NCBI GenBank assembly: GCA_963751455.1
Contig: CAVVUN010000015.1
Location: 608,001 to 672,000 of the forward strand
Length of the DNA stretch: 64,000 nucleotides
DNA from: Nitrospirota bacterium
GTDB taxonomy: Bacteria; Nitrospirota; UBA9217
Direction of reading: 5' to 3'
Program-made: the position numbers and the translations under genes
The notes under the pieces: generated by a model
What the model saw: only the letters and a program-made list of their open reading frames with translations
What the model was told of the DNA's origin: nothing
The model's database searches: none
Shown: in pieces, positions 38,647 to 48,490 of the stretch
Layout: each line of letters starts with the position of its first letter
How positions within the stretch are numbered: the first letter of the stretch is position 1

Positions 38647-39156
38647 ATGGACGCGATGACAGCGCTTTTATCCAGAAGGAGCACGCGCCTATTTACCGCA
38701 AAGACGGTTTCGCCCGATGCAGTCAACGACATCCTGAAAGCCGGCATGTGCGCCCCATCAGCAGGAGACGAGCGGCCTTGGCATTTCATTGTTCTTACCG
38801 ATAAGACACTCCTTCGCGAGATCCCCAAATTTCATCCCTATGCCGGCATGTTAAAGCAGGTGCAGACGGCCATTCTCGTATGCGGGGACCCGGGTCTTCA
38901 AAAACACAAAGGGTATTGGGTGCTGGATTGTGCAGCTGCGACCGAGAATATGCTCCTTGCCGCACACGCAAAGGGCCTGGGATCGGTATGGTGCGGCATC
39001 TACCCGACCGAGGACAGGATTGTCAATTGCAGAAAACTGCTTCACGTGCCGGAGCATGTTGTTCCGTTTTCTCTCTTACCCCTCGGATTCCCGGCCGAGA
39101 ATAAACAGGAAAAGGATCGGTTCGACCCATCACGTGTCCATCAGAACGGATGGTAA
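38647..39156 (+). CDS. Nitroreductase-family flavoprotein
   Basis: MDAMTALLSRRSTR, APSAGDERPW, DCAAATENMLLAAHAKGLGSVW and LGFP; SD AAGGAG. Confidence 0.92.
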   Translation: MDAMTALLSRRSTRLFTAKTVSPDAVNDILKAGMCAPSAGDERPWHFIVLTDKTLLREIPKFHPYAGMLKQVQTAILVCGDPGLQKHKGYWVLDCAAATENMLLAAHAKGLGSVWCGIYPTEDRIVNCRKLLHVPEHVVPFSLLPLGFPAENKQEKDRFDPSRVHQNGW

Positions 39157-39354
39157 TCTACAGCGTTTCGCTCAAACACGGAAGTGACTAAAAGAAAAAT
39201 AAACTTCACAAAAGGCTTTTTATGATCCTTGTTTTCTTTCGTCAGCTCACAAGTTTCAACCTGTGTAATTTGACGTATGGGGATTCCTATAAATATTATT
39301 TTCGTGCGCTGCAAGTTCTCTTGGTTTGTTGCTCTCTTAAAAGGCGTTTGCCCG

Positions 39355-39383
39355 TTGACAAGAACCTGCTACTATGCTATTGT
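39355..39383 (+). promoter_or_regulatory. Sigma70 promoter of pal
   Basis: TTGACA-N17-TATTGT with extended TG. Confidence 0.65.
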
Positions 39384-39457
39384 TAAAAACGGCAACCATT
39401 CAATTGCTTATCTAATTCTCCCCATATCAAAATGACAATGTAACCAGGAGGCGTACC

Positions 39458-40006
39458 ATGAATATCAGAAGGTTATTTTTGTTCGTACTTGTTTTATCCG
39501 CAAGTGTGTTCGTTCTGTGGGGTTGTCCCAAAAAAACAGAAGTGGCCACGACACCTGAAGAGCAAGCGCCGGCCGCCGTAGAGGAGCAAAAGAAACCGGA
39601 AGCGGCCAAAGAAGAGGCAAAGCCCGCCGAGCCTTCTGAAGAACCAGCTCAGGAAAGGGCAGCTGCCGCAGCGCAGGGTCTTCAGCCGGTGTATTTCGAT
39701 TTCGATCAATCGTTTATTCGCGGCGACGCGAGAGCGGTCCTGAAAGCGAATGCCGACTGGGTTAAAGCAAACCCGAGGGCGAAGGTAAGAATCGAGGGCA
39801 ACTGTGACGAGCGCGGCACGAAAGAGTATAACCAGGCGCTCGGTCAGCGCCGGGCCGCGAGCGCCAAGAAATATCTGACGGATCTCGGAATCTCCGGCAG
39901 CCGCATCTCGCTGATCAGTTACGGCAAGGAAAAGCCGGTATGCACGGAGAACACTGAAGATTGCTGGCAGAAAAACCGGCGGGCCGATTTTGTTCTTGCC
40001 GAGTAG
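39458..40006 (+). CDS. pal: Peptidoglycan-associated lipoprotein Pal
   Basis: Lipobox LWGC, VYFDFD, IEGNCDERGTKEYNQALGQRRA, SYGKEKP and NRR. Confidence 0.95.
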   Translation: MNIRRLFLFVLVLSASVFVLWGCPKKTEVATTPEEQAPAAVEEQKKPEAAKEEAKPAEPSEEPAQERAAAAAQGLQPVYFDFDQSFIRGDARAVLKANADWVKANPRAKVRIEGNCDERGTKEYNQALGQRRAASAKKYLTDLGISGSRISLISYGKEKPVCTENTEDCWQKNRRADFVLAE

Positions 40007-40114
40007 GACCGTGAAGTCATGGGAGAGGGGAAACGCGGTGGGTTTCTTTTTTTCTGTTTTCCGTTTAGCGGGTCCCCATTCTTGCTTCCATACGGACCCG
40101 TTTGAAAGAATCAC

Positions 40115-40948
40115 ATGACGAACTTATATTCGCTCATAATTGCAGCAGGCCTTGTCCTGGCGGCGTGCGCGCCCCAAGCCGAGCTGATGAAGACACAGAC
40201 GGACGTTTCCGACCTGCGTTCGGAATTAAAAACGTCCAGGATGAGGGTTCAGGAACTCCAGAAGAAAATCGATGCGATTGATACCAATGTAAAAGGCACC
40301 GTAGACGTGCAGAAGGTGATGGCCGATTACGGCGCTAAATCGGAGCAGCTCCTTACCGACATCCAACTGCTCCAGGGCAAGATCGAGGAGAATAATTTCC
40401 GCATTGCGGATCTCTCCCTGAAATTGGATGACAAGAGCTTCAAGATAACTGAATTGTCGGGTCGGGTGGAGGAACTGGAGTCCAGAGTTCGCTCATTGTC
40501 CACAGGTACCGGTGCCCGGGCAGAACCCGGAACGGCCGAGCAGAAGGACAAAAAGCAGGTTTCCAAGCCGCTTGAGCCATCCGAGGTTTACCGCCAGGCA
40601 AAGAACGACTATGACAGAGGGAATTTCGATCTCGCTCTTGCAGGGTTCCAGAACTATATCGCTCAATTCCCGGATGCCAGCCAAGCCGACAGCGCCCAAT
40701 ACTGGATCGCCGAATGCTATTACTCAGTAAAGGATTATGATAAAGCCATCGAAGCGTATTCAAAACTGGTCAAGACCTACCCCAAAAGCGAAAAGACCGC
40801 CGGAGCAAAGCTCAAAATCGGATATTCTTATTTAAATGATAATCAGAAAACGAAGGCTAAGGAATGGTTAAACAGAGTCATCAAGGAATACCCCGGAACC
40901 AGGGAGGCTGAACTCGCAAAAGAAAGACTGAAGAAGATCGGGAAATAA
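40115..40948 (+). CDS. cpoB: Tol-Pal protein CpoB/YbgF (lipoprotein, coiled coil plus TPR)
   Basis: Lipobox LAAC, coiled coil and TPRs (ADSAQYWIAECYY, AKLKIGYSY); follows pal. Confidence 0.9.
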   Translation: MTNLYSLIIAAGLVLAACAPQAELMKTQTDVSDLRSELKTSRMRVQELQKKIDAIDTNVKGTVDVQKVMADYGAKSEQLLTDIQLLQGKIEENNFRIADLSLKLDDKSFKITELSGRVEELESRVRSLSTGTGARAEPGTAEQKDKKQVSKPLEPSEVYRQAKNDYDRGNFDLALAGFQNYIAQFPDASQADSAQYWIAECYYSVKDYDKAIEAYSKLVKTYPKSEKTAGAKLKIGYSYLNDNQKTKAKEWLNRVIKEYPGTREAELAKERLKKIGK

Positions 40949-41065
40949 CAGAATCATTGCAAATTGATGTTTTTTCTCTCGTTTTAATCCTGCCTTTTTC
41001 TCCAAAATTGCCGCGCTGCATGCCAAATTATCTTTTTTAATCAATAAGTAAAAATAGTTTAGCTG

Positions 41066-41094
41066 TTGACTGGATCAACCTTTCGTGTTATAAA
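41066..41094 (+). promoter_or_regulatory. Sigma70 promoter at the head of the surface-glycan locus
   Basis: TTGACT-N17-TATAAA with extended TG. Confidence 0.6.
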
Positions 41095-41128
41095 TATATA
41101 TCTTTTTGTGTAATAGATTAACAAAAAG

Positions 41129-41701
41129 TTGCGGATTTTCCGTAAGAAATCATTTTACTGCATGACGACATTGAGCAAAATGAGACAGCACGAATCTGTA
41201 AATTTCTTTATGTTGCTTTGCCTGGCACTCGCGCTTACCGGCGCCGCGCCTGTTCCTGAACGCGAGGCAGAACCTAAACTGCGGTTTCGGGTAGCGGAGC
41301 AGACAATTAAAGACGCTGAAACCGGGTATGTCTGGCTGCGTGATGCCGATTCTGCCGGCAGCCCTTTGTCCTGGAACCGCGCCCTCGAATATGTTGCGCT
41401 GCTGAACAAGGAAAAGCATGCCGGACACTCCGACTGGAAACTGCCGGACGTGGATGTCATGAACAAGTTTATTGCGGCTGTCAGGGAGGCGGACACAGCC
41501 GGTCCATCAGAAAACAATACCGCAGTTGTTGCCCTGGAACGGATGGGTTTTCGCAACGTGAAGACCGGCGACTATTGGTCCGGTACCACGAGCGTATATA
41601 ATTCTGCAGAAGCCTGGTATATAAGCATGGCGAAACGGAGTAAATCCGTCGGGAACAAATCGCTTTACATGCATGTCTGGCCGGTACGTTATGCACCGTA
41701 G
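41129..41701 (+). CDS. Secreted DUF1566 (Lcl C-terminal-like) domain protein
   Basis: Signal peptide, IKDAETGYVW, WNRALEY, HSDWKLP, YWSGTT, AWYI and VWPVR. True start probably later (41180 or 41209). Confidence 0.85.
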   Translation: MRIFRKKSFYCMTTLSKMRQHESVNFFMLLCLALALTGAAPVPEREAEPKLRFRVAEQTIKDAETGYVWLRDADSAGSPLSWNRALEYVALLNKEKHAGHSDWKLPDVDVMNKFIAAVREADTAGPSENNTAVVALERMGFRNVKTGDYWSGTTSVYNSAEAWYISMAKRSKSVGNKSLYMHVWPVRYAP

Positions 41702-41760
41702 GCCAGATCGAAAGCAGTTCACGATCATTCGTTGACAGGGTTCCATCCTTAAGACAAGGG

Positions 41761-43122
41761 ATGGAGCCAGAACAGGCGGTGATTATGCTTAAACCTTCTG
41801 CTTCCAGCACTTCGAAAGTCGGCCTGAAACCATGCAGTATGACCGGCAAAGTCCGGGGGCCTATCATCCCCCATTTTCAAACTGGGATCATTTTTTTTCC
41901 ACTGCTCTTCGTGATAGTACTGTTTTCGGCACCGCCTGTCTTGGCTCAAGACCGTTCAATAGGAAAAGTGATCACAATTGACAGCGGTTCGGGTCCTCAG
42001 ATACTGAATATCCTGCGGCTCGGTAAAACAGGTTTTGTCAAGGTAATGCCTGGAGATGTCATCTTCGAGGGAGACACCGTTAAAACTGGTGCAGGCGTGA
42101 AAGCGCAGATACAGCTTTCGGACCAGTCAATCGTCAATATAGGCCCGAATTCCGCGCTGAACATGAAGGCCTTTGTCCTTGTTCCCGCAGCGTCAAAGAG
42201 GAACTACGTACTGAAGGCGCTCAAGGGCACTATACGATTCATGATCTCGAAAACATTCAGGGTGCTCGCGACCGGGGCACAGTCAGCTTGGACCGACTCG
42301 AATCTGACGGTTGAATCGCCGACTGCTATAGCAGGAGTCAAGGGGACAGACTTTATAATCGCTGTAGACACGAGCAAACCTGTGCCGGTAGTCGACATCG
42401 CGGTGATCGAAGGTTCAGTGACGGTCCGGAATATATCGCTTTCTATCAGGGAAGCGGTTACTCTTCTGGCAAATCAGATGACGACCGTACAACGCGGCAT
42501 CAAGCCGGGAGAGCCGGCGGTCCTGCCGGTTGAGAGATCAAATTACCTGATTCAAATAACAACGCCTTCAGTCACAGTTCGGCCGCTTACGGTTGCGCCG
42601 GCGCCTGCGGTTGAGAGCAAAGAAGAGGAAAAATACAACGAGACTGAAATGGCCAAGGACCTTGCCGCAGGCGTTCCTCTTGCCGAGGTGCTTGAAACCG
42701 GCAGCGAAGCGGGGATGACCGTTGATACCATGTTTAATGCGGCGATCGAGGCTGGCATCGAACCTTCGGTGTTGGTGTACACGGCCATCACTGACGGCTA
42801 TCCCGCAGAGACGGTTGTAGCCGCCGCAATTAACCAAGGCATATCGCTAGACACAGTAGTCTCGGCTGCGGTCGTCGGCGGAGCGGAAAGCACATCAATC
42901 CTGAGCGGCGCGACCACTGCAGGCGCGCCAGCGGGAGAGGTTGCGACTGCTTTTGTAGCCGCTACGGCCATCGATTCCGCGGTATACGGATATGAAGTCC
43001 CTGAGAGTGCACCTCCGATATCTGCTATTTTACCTCCAGAGGTAGTTGTGATCGGAGGAAATCCCGGCGAAACTGCTTCAACTCAGCCGGCGCCGGCAAG
43101 CGCATCAAAGCCGCGGTATTAA
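41761..43122 (+). CDS. Secreted FecR-domain protein with seven 14-aa repeats and a Pro/Ser/Ala-rich tail
   Basis: Signal peptide (probable start 41839), FecR motifs GDTVKTG...LSDQS...IGPNS...PTAIAGVKGTDF...VIEGSV; repeats at 42667-42960. Confidence 0.8.
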   Translation: MEPEQAVIMLKPSASSTSKVGLKPCSMTGKVRGPIIPHFQTGIIFFPLLFVIVLFSAPPVLAQDRSIGKVITIDSGSGPQILNILRLGKTGFVKVMPGDVIFEGDTVKTGAGVKAQIQLSDQSIVNIGPNSALNMKAFVLVPAASKRNYVLKALKGTIRFMISKTFRVLATGAQSAWTDSNLTVESPTAIAGVKGTDFIIAVDTSKPVPVVDIAVIEGSVTVRNISLSIREAVTLLANQMTTVQRGIKPGEPAVLPVERSNYLIQITTPSVTVRPLTVAPAPAVESKEEEKYNETEMAKDLAAGVPLAEVLETGSEAGMTVDTMFNAAIEAGIEPSVLVYTAITDGYPAETVVAAAINQGISLDTVVSAAVVGGAESTSILSGATTAGAPAGEVATAFVAATAIDSAVYGYEVPESAPPISAILPPEVVVIGGNPGETASTQPAPASASKPRY

Positions 43123-43143
43123 CTAGAGACGGCATAATTAACG

Positions 43144-44370
43144 ATGATAAAAATCAGCAAAGAATTCCGGGACGCAATTAATATACCGCGGATGAAGAAG
43201 AGCAGAAACGTCGCGCTTATCATCTTCTTTTGTGCCTGTTTTATTGCTCTTGGTGAAAGGATCGCACAAGCTGAAGGAAATATTCATATTAGTAAGCTGC
43301 GGATACACCCTTTCGTCTCAGTAAGTGTAACAGAGAGCGATAATATCTACAGCACTCCTACTGCTTCGGCATCTGAAAGCGATACGATTACTACCTATTC
43401 TCCTGGCGTTAAACTGCAGTTGCCCTTCGGGAAGCATCAGGCGGAAGCGCAATATTACGCAACCATCAACCGGTACAAGGTCCAATCGGGCGAGGATACC
43501 GAAAACTCCACTGCCGCGGGAACAATCGATTTTTCTGCAGGTAACCCTTTCGGTTTAAAGCTGTCAGACACCTTTGTAAAGGGACATGAGTCCAGAGGAT
43601 CGTCTGCAACCGGCTTTATTGAAAAATTCAGGAGCAATGCAGCGACGATATCAACTTTTTTTCATCTGGGGAGCCGATCAAAAATTCAAATTGACCACGG
43701 TAGAGTGTGGTGGGACTATGAGACCAGCACATTTAGGAACCGGGATGAATCTCTTTCCTCCGGTTTTTTTTATTACCGGGTTCTTCCAAAGACCTCAACG
43801 TTTGTTGAGGTCGGGTCCAAAAAGGTCACTTATGAGAATTCGTTGATGGACTTGGATAGTACATCACTGAACGGCCTGTTAGGTTTTACATGGGAAATTA
43901 CCGAAAAATCCCAAAGCACGATTAAGGGAGGACTGGAGCGAAAAGAGTTTGAATCGCAGTCGCATCGCGCGTTCAGGGGTTCGGTTGGAGTCATAGACCT
44001 GCACCACGAATTTTCGGAATATACGACTGTGACGCTTATTGGTCGGCGCGCCGTTAATGAAACAAGTCTCGTGGGAAGCCGTTATATTCTCACGACAGGA
44101 GCTTTTGGGGAGATTGCACATCGGTTCGGCATAAGAGTGGAAGGAGCGCTCAGGGGTTCCTATGGAATTGACGAGTTTTCAGATCCGATTTTTCCCGATC
44201 TAGTAGCAAGAAAAGACGACACCATTATGACAGGAGGGGGTATCAAATATATTTTTAAGGAAATGTTGCAGCTCGGATTCGATTACGCAGAACAACGCCG
44301 GACTTCGAACTTTTCTGATAATAATTATGAGGTACGTACATACATGGTTTCTTTCAGCATGGTCCTTTAA
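43144..44370 (+). CDS. Outer-membrane beta-barrel associated with polysaccharide export (VpsM/EpsX-like)
   Basis: Signal peptide, IHPFVSVS.TESDNIY...SDTITTYSPG, alternating beta strands and terminal RTSN...Y; adjacent to wza. Confidence 0.8.
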   Translation: MIKISKEFRDAINIPRMKKSRNVALIIFFCACFIALGERIAQAEGNIHISKLRIHPFVSVSVTESDNIYSTPTASASESDTITTYSPGVKLQLPFGKHQAEAQYYATINRYKVQSGEDTENSTAAGTIDFSAGNPFGLKLSDTFVKGHESRGSSATGFIEKFRSNAATISTFFHLGSRSKIQIDHGRVWWDYETSTFRNRDESLSSGFFYYRVLPKTSTFVEVGSKKVTYENSLMDLDSTSLNGLLGFTWEITEKSQSTIKGGLERKEFESQSHRAFRGSVGVIDLHHEFSEYTTVTLIGRRAVNETSLVGSRYILTTGAFGEIAHRFGIRVEGALRGSYGIDEFSDPIFPDLVARKDDTIMTGGGIKYIFKEMLQLGFDYAEQRRTSNFSDNNYEVRTYMVSFSMVL

Positions 44371-44634
44371 AAATCGCGCATGAGACGAAAATGCTGCACG
44401 TTTTCTTATAGTGATGAGACCAATATACGAAATTCGGACACACTGCTTACCTTCTTCGACTGCTCAAGGATTAGTCATCCTACACCTAATCATCTTATTC
44501 GCCTCCTTCTCCTTGGTCTATATCAAGTGAGGTTTCATACTGATTCATATGTCTTTAATCTAAATGTCTTTTTTTTGTAATCAAAGGTGTAAAATAGATG
44601 AAACGACAAATAGCAAGTAACATGATTTAATAAA

Positions 44635-45177
44635 ATGGATATGACGATAATAAAATGGACGGTAACGGTACTGCTTTTGTTAGGTCTGGTGCTGCAGTCC
44701 GGATCAGCCGCAAGCCAGGAAGAGACCATTTCCGAAGGCGACCTTATCAGGATCAAGGTTTATGGTAATTCGGACCTTACGACCGAGGCGCGTGTGAGCG
44801 GAGATGGGAAAATAACGTTTCCGTTCATTGGTGAAGTAATAGTGCAGGATTTGCCCATATCGGAGGCTGAAAAAAGGATCGCTCGTCTGCTCGAAAACGG
44901 CTATATCATCAAACCGCATGTATCTATCTTCATTATTGAATATAAAAAGATAGTTTTCGTGAACGGAGAGGTGAGGAATCCAGGCGTGTATAAAATAAGC
45001 AAAGGCCTTACTGTGTTAAAAGCAACCACGCTTGCCGGAGGGCTTACCGGAAAGGCAAGCGAGAGCAGAATGAAAATTATTCGCAAGACTGAAAAAGGAG
45101 AGACAACGATAAAGGCAAGGATGGATGATCTTGTGATGCCTGATGACATCATTATGGTCCCCGAGAGCTTGTTTTAA
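44635..45177 (+). CDS. wza: Short OPX/Wza-type polysaccharide export protein
   Basis: GDLIRIKVYG.SDLT...VSGDGKITFPFIGEV (PES motif), one SLBB domain (VNGEVRNPG...LAGG), ends VPESLF with no OM helix. Confidence 0.88.
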   Translation: MDMTIIKWTVTVLLLLGLVLQSGSAASQEETISEGDLIRIKVYGNSDLTTEARVSGDGKITFPFIGEVIVQDLPISEAEKRIARLLENGYIIKPHVSIFIIEYKKIVFVNGEVRNPGVYKISKGLTVLKATTLAGGLTGKASESRMKIIRKTEKGETTIKARMDDLVMPDDIIMVPESLF

Positions 45178-45291
45178 AGCGTGACCTTGTCGTCTTTCAG
45201 TCATCAATAGGGAAGCCATGGACCATTTCCAACAACAAAACTTGTCGGCTAATCTTTTAATTTTTACAGGAAATTATAATGGAGTTTAAAC

Positions 45292-47490
45292 ATGCAGCCA
45301 CGCCCCGAAGAGATACACTTGTTGGATTACTGGAGAATAATCAGTAATAGACGGCATCTGACCATTTCGTTTTTTATTCTCGTGGTCGGAATTGTTACCG
45401 TCTATTCCTATACCGCCACGCCCATCTATGAAAGCACCGCAAAACTGCTTTTTAATCAGCAGAACAATACCACTCTATCCTTTACCGAAGGCGGCTCTCC
45501 CCTCATTCAGATAAAGGAGCCGACCGAATATTACAACACCCAGAAAAAAATAATCTTTAGCAGGACATTCATCGACCATGTCATAAGAAAGAATGCACTT
45601 GATACCAACTCATATTTTGTCAACAAGAAAAAAAAGACTTCGGGCGGGCCGGTTGCATCGTTAAGGCGTCTCGTCACCGGTATTCTATCGAAAAAAAAAG
45701 CAGACCCGGTAAACGAGGAGTCTAAGCCGCTGAAAGATGAAGTCGACCCTTGGCTTACCAGCTTCTTGTTGGACAGGATGAAGGTGGTCGTCGGAAGAGA
45801 CAGCAGTATCATGGAAATCCAATTTACATCGGATGATTCGGGTATTGCAGCCTTTATTGCCAACTGCATTGCCGATACATACATCCAATACAATTTGGAC
45901 CTTCGAGTGATGCCATACAAGGACTCGGTCGGATGGCTCTCAGCGAGGCTTTCTGAGTTCAAAACCAAGGTTGAGACGTCCGAAAAATCTCTCCAGCGGT
46001 ACAAGGAGCAGAAGAATGTCGTATCGTTTGAGGCTAGGGAGAATATTATTACCCAAAAATTGCATGGGTTGGTTTCCGAGCTTGTGCGGGTGCAGGGTGC
46101 CCGTCAAGAAGCTGAAATACGATATAATCAGATCAAAGACGTCATAGATAATCCGGAACTGCTGGCAAGAGTCCCTGACATTATGAATAACCAGGTGATC
46201 CAGAGCCTGAGGAATCAGGAATTGAACTTGCAAAGACAGCTCTCGGAAATGTCGGAAAAATTTGGTCCAAAACACCCCCAAATAGTGCAGACAAATTCAG
46301 AGTTGGAGATGGTGAAAAAAAGCCTTAATAGCGAAGCCAGAAAGATGCTGAGCTCTGCAAAAACAATATACGAAATTGCGCTGAACCGTGAAAAATTTCT
46401 GATCCGGAGCATTGAGGAGGAGAAACAGGAAGTCCTCGGACTGAGCAGAGAGATGATAGATTTCAAAGTCGTGTCCGAAGAATCTGAGAACAATCGAAGG
46501 TTCTATGAGATGCTACTGAAAAAACTCCAAGAGGCGACTCTCCTGAGCGGCATAACTGTATCCAACATACAGGTGATTGACAGGGCAATCCCGCCTGGCG
46601 GTCCCATAAAGCCCAATCGATCTAAAAATATTTTATTGTCCATTATTATAGGAGTGTTTGGTGGTATTTTTCTGGCTATCTTTACGGATTACATGGATGA
46701 CAGCGTGAAGAGCCAGGATGATGTGGATATTCATTTGGGTCAGCATTTCCTTGGCATGGTTCCGTCTGCTGAACAGTCCATGTTTAGTGATCCGTTGTCC
46801 ACGGTAAGCGAGTCATACCGCACAATACGAATGGGCATAAAATTCGCGGCGTCGCAGCGACCGCTCAAAACAATTCTGATAACGAGCGCGGTGCCGAGTG
46901 AAGGCAAGACCACAACGGCTTCCAATCTCGCGATCGTCCTTGCGCGCATGGGTGAGCGGACCCTTTTGATTGATGCGGACCTAAGACGCCAGAGTATTCA
47001 CAAGCATTTCAAGCTGGATAATTCTGCCGGTCTGGGATCAATCATTGTTGAAAAAGGTGACTTGTTCTCCGCCATTAAAGAAATAGAAATAGTGCCCCAT
47101 TTAAGCGTTCTTCCAGGAGGGCCGACGTTCCCGAACCCTTCTGAAGTCCTCGCTTCTGAAAGGATGAGGGATCTAATCTCCAGTCTCCGGGAAAAATACG
47201 ATCGTATCATCATTGATTCGCCGCCAATCATGCCCGTGTCCGATCCCTTGATCGTAGGTGGTCTAGCCGACGGTGTAATAATGGTATCACAGGCCGGTTC
47301 TACCGGTAAAGCAGTCGTGAAGAAGGCGTGCCAGTCTCTCATGAAGTTGAACGTACATATAATCGGCATTGTTCTGAACAAGGTTCGAGTTCGGAAGCGG
47401 GGATACGGATATTACTATTATTATCATAATTACTATTATTCGAACTACCGCAATGATTCTTCACCCAAACGAAAAGAAAAAACGGCATGA
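45292..47490 (+). CDS. wzc: Polysaccharide co-polymerase / tyrosine autokinase (Wzc/GumC)
   Basis: EEIHLLDYW, two TMs, coiled coils, SAVPSEGKTT, IDADLR, IIDSPP and Tyr cluster GYGYYYYYHNYYYSNY. Confidence 0.93.
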   Translation: MQPRPEEIHLLDYWRIISNRRHLTISFFILVVGIVTVYSYTATPIYESTAKLLFNQQNNTTLSFTEGGSPLIQIKEPTEYYNTQKKIIFSRTFIDHVIRKNALDTNSYFVNKKKKTSGGPVASLRRLVTGILSKKKADPVNEESKPLKDEVDPWLTSFLLDRMKVVVGRDSSIMEIQFTSDDSGIAAFIANCIADTYIQYNLDLRVMPYKDSVGWLSARLSEFKTKVETSEKSLQRYKEQKNVVSFEARENIITQKLHGLVSELVRVQGARQEAEIRYNQIKDVIDNPELLARVPDIMNNQVIQSLRNQELNLQRQLSEMSEKFGPKHPQIVQTNSELEMVKKSLNSEARKMLSSAKTIYEIALNREKFLIRSIEEEKQEVLGLSREMIDFKVVSEESENNRRFYEMLLKKLQEATLLSGITVSNIQVIDRAIPPGGPIKPNRSKNILLSIIIGVFGGIFLAIFTDYMDDSVKSQDDVDIHLGQHFLGMVPSAEQSMFSDPLSTVSESYRTIRMGIKFAASQRPLKTILITSAVPSEGKTTTASNLAIVLARMGERTLLIDADLRRQSIHKHFKLDNSAGLGSIIVEKGDLFSAIKEIEIVPHLSVLPGGPTFPNPSEVLASERMRDLISSLREKYDRIIIDSPPIMPVSDPLIVGGLADGVIMVSQAGSTGKAVVKKACQSLMKLNVHIIGIVLNKVRVRKRGYGYYYYYHNYYYSNYRNDSSPKRKEKTA

Positions 47491-48263
47491 TTGACATCCA
47501 TTGCCATATACTTCCCGGCATGGACGACGGACCCGCAACAATCGAAGAATCGATCGAGATGTGTCGCATTGCTCAGGCGGACGGTATCGATACTATTGTG
47601 GCAACACCACATTATTGTTCCGGGCTGAACGAGTGGACCGCTGAGGACGTTCAATTACGCATACAAGATCTTGAAGCAGCCCTGCGCCGGAATCGGGTTG
47701 GAATAACAATACTGCCTGGTGCCGACGTGGCAGTTTTCCCGGAATTGATCGCTCATGGTCCGGGAAGTTTTCTTGCTATCAATACTGGACGATATCTGCT
47801 GGTTGAATTTCCTTTTGATTCTGTCCCCACGAACTGGGAGACTTTTTTGAGCCGATTGTTGGAATCCGGTCTGGTCCCCGTTATTACGCATCCGGAGCGA
47901 AATATGTGGTTTCTGAGGCATTCCGAGGCGCTTTTCAGAAGTGTCGACAATGGCGCACTTGTCCAGATAACAGCAATGAGCATAATCGGTGGTTTCGGTG
48001 AAGACGCCCGGAAGTTTTGTGCAGATCTTCTTCGGAATAATTTGGTCCATGTTATCGCGAGTGACGCACATTCAAGCGGGGAAAGACCTCCAATCCTTTC
48101 GCAGGCAATTGCGGCTGCCTCCCGCCTTATCGGTGTTGAGCGTGTACATGCGATGGTAACGTCGATTCCGGCTGCGATAGTGGAAGGACGGCCGGTGCGG
48201 CTGCCTGAACCAGTTGAGACGCCACCGAGTAGGAAAATGTGGTTCAGCAAGCTGTTTAGTTGA
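47487..48263 (+). CDS. PHP-family tyrosine phosphatase (CpsB/CapC)
   Basis: MIDIHCHILPGMDDG, ATPH, THPERN and ASDAH. Confidence 0.93.
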   Translation: MIDIHCHILPGMDDGPATIEESIEMCRIAQADGIDTIVATPHYCSGLNEWTAEDVQLRIQDLEAALRRNRVGITILPGADVAVFPELIAHGPGSFLAINTGRYLLVEFPFDSVPTNWETFLSRLLESGLVPVITHPERNMWFLRHSEALFRSVDNGALVQITAMSIIGGFGEDARKFCADLLRNNLVHVIASDAHSSGERPPILSQAIAAASRLIGVERVHAMVTSIPAAIVEGRPVRLPEPVETPPSRKMWFSKLFS

Positions 48264-48281
48264 TCAGTATGTACGGCAAGA

Positions 48282-48490
48282 AGTAAAAAGTCAGAAGTAA
48301 GGAGTAAGCAGCCCTCAAACAACAAATATTTCTTAAAAATGGAAACAACATTTCACCGCGAAGCCGCGCCCCTGCACTCGCGCTGCCGTACTCGTAATCG
48401 CTGGTGCAGGCAAAGAACACAAAGGAAATTCTTAAATTCAGATTTCGGATTAGAGCTTTAAATTTTCGCGACCTTCGCGCCTTGGCGGTT
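48282..48490. repeat. Cluster of short-period repeats: heptamer run plus a large hairpin with a nested hairpin
   Basis: AGTAAAA AGTCAGA AGTAAGG AGTAAGC; ACCGCGAAG...CAAAGAACACAAAG ... TTTTCGCGACCTTCGCGCCTTGGCGGT with an internal CCTGCAC...GTGCAGG. Confidence 0.55.

Noticed and set aside
44380-44580. 66-aa ORF and two TGAGAC copies between the barrel and wza
   Set aside because: No SD or motifs; a 6-nt repeat is expected by chance.
47400-47445. TAT/TAC low-complexity run
   Set aside because: Explained as the Wzc tyrosine cluster.
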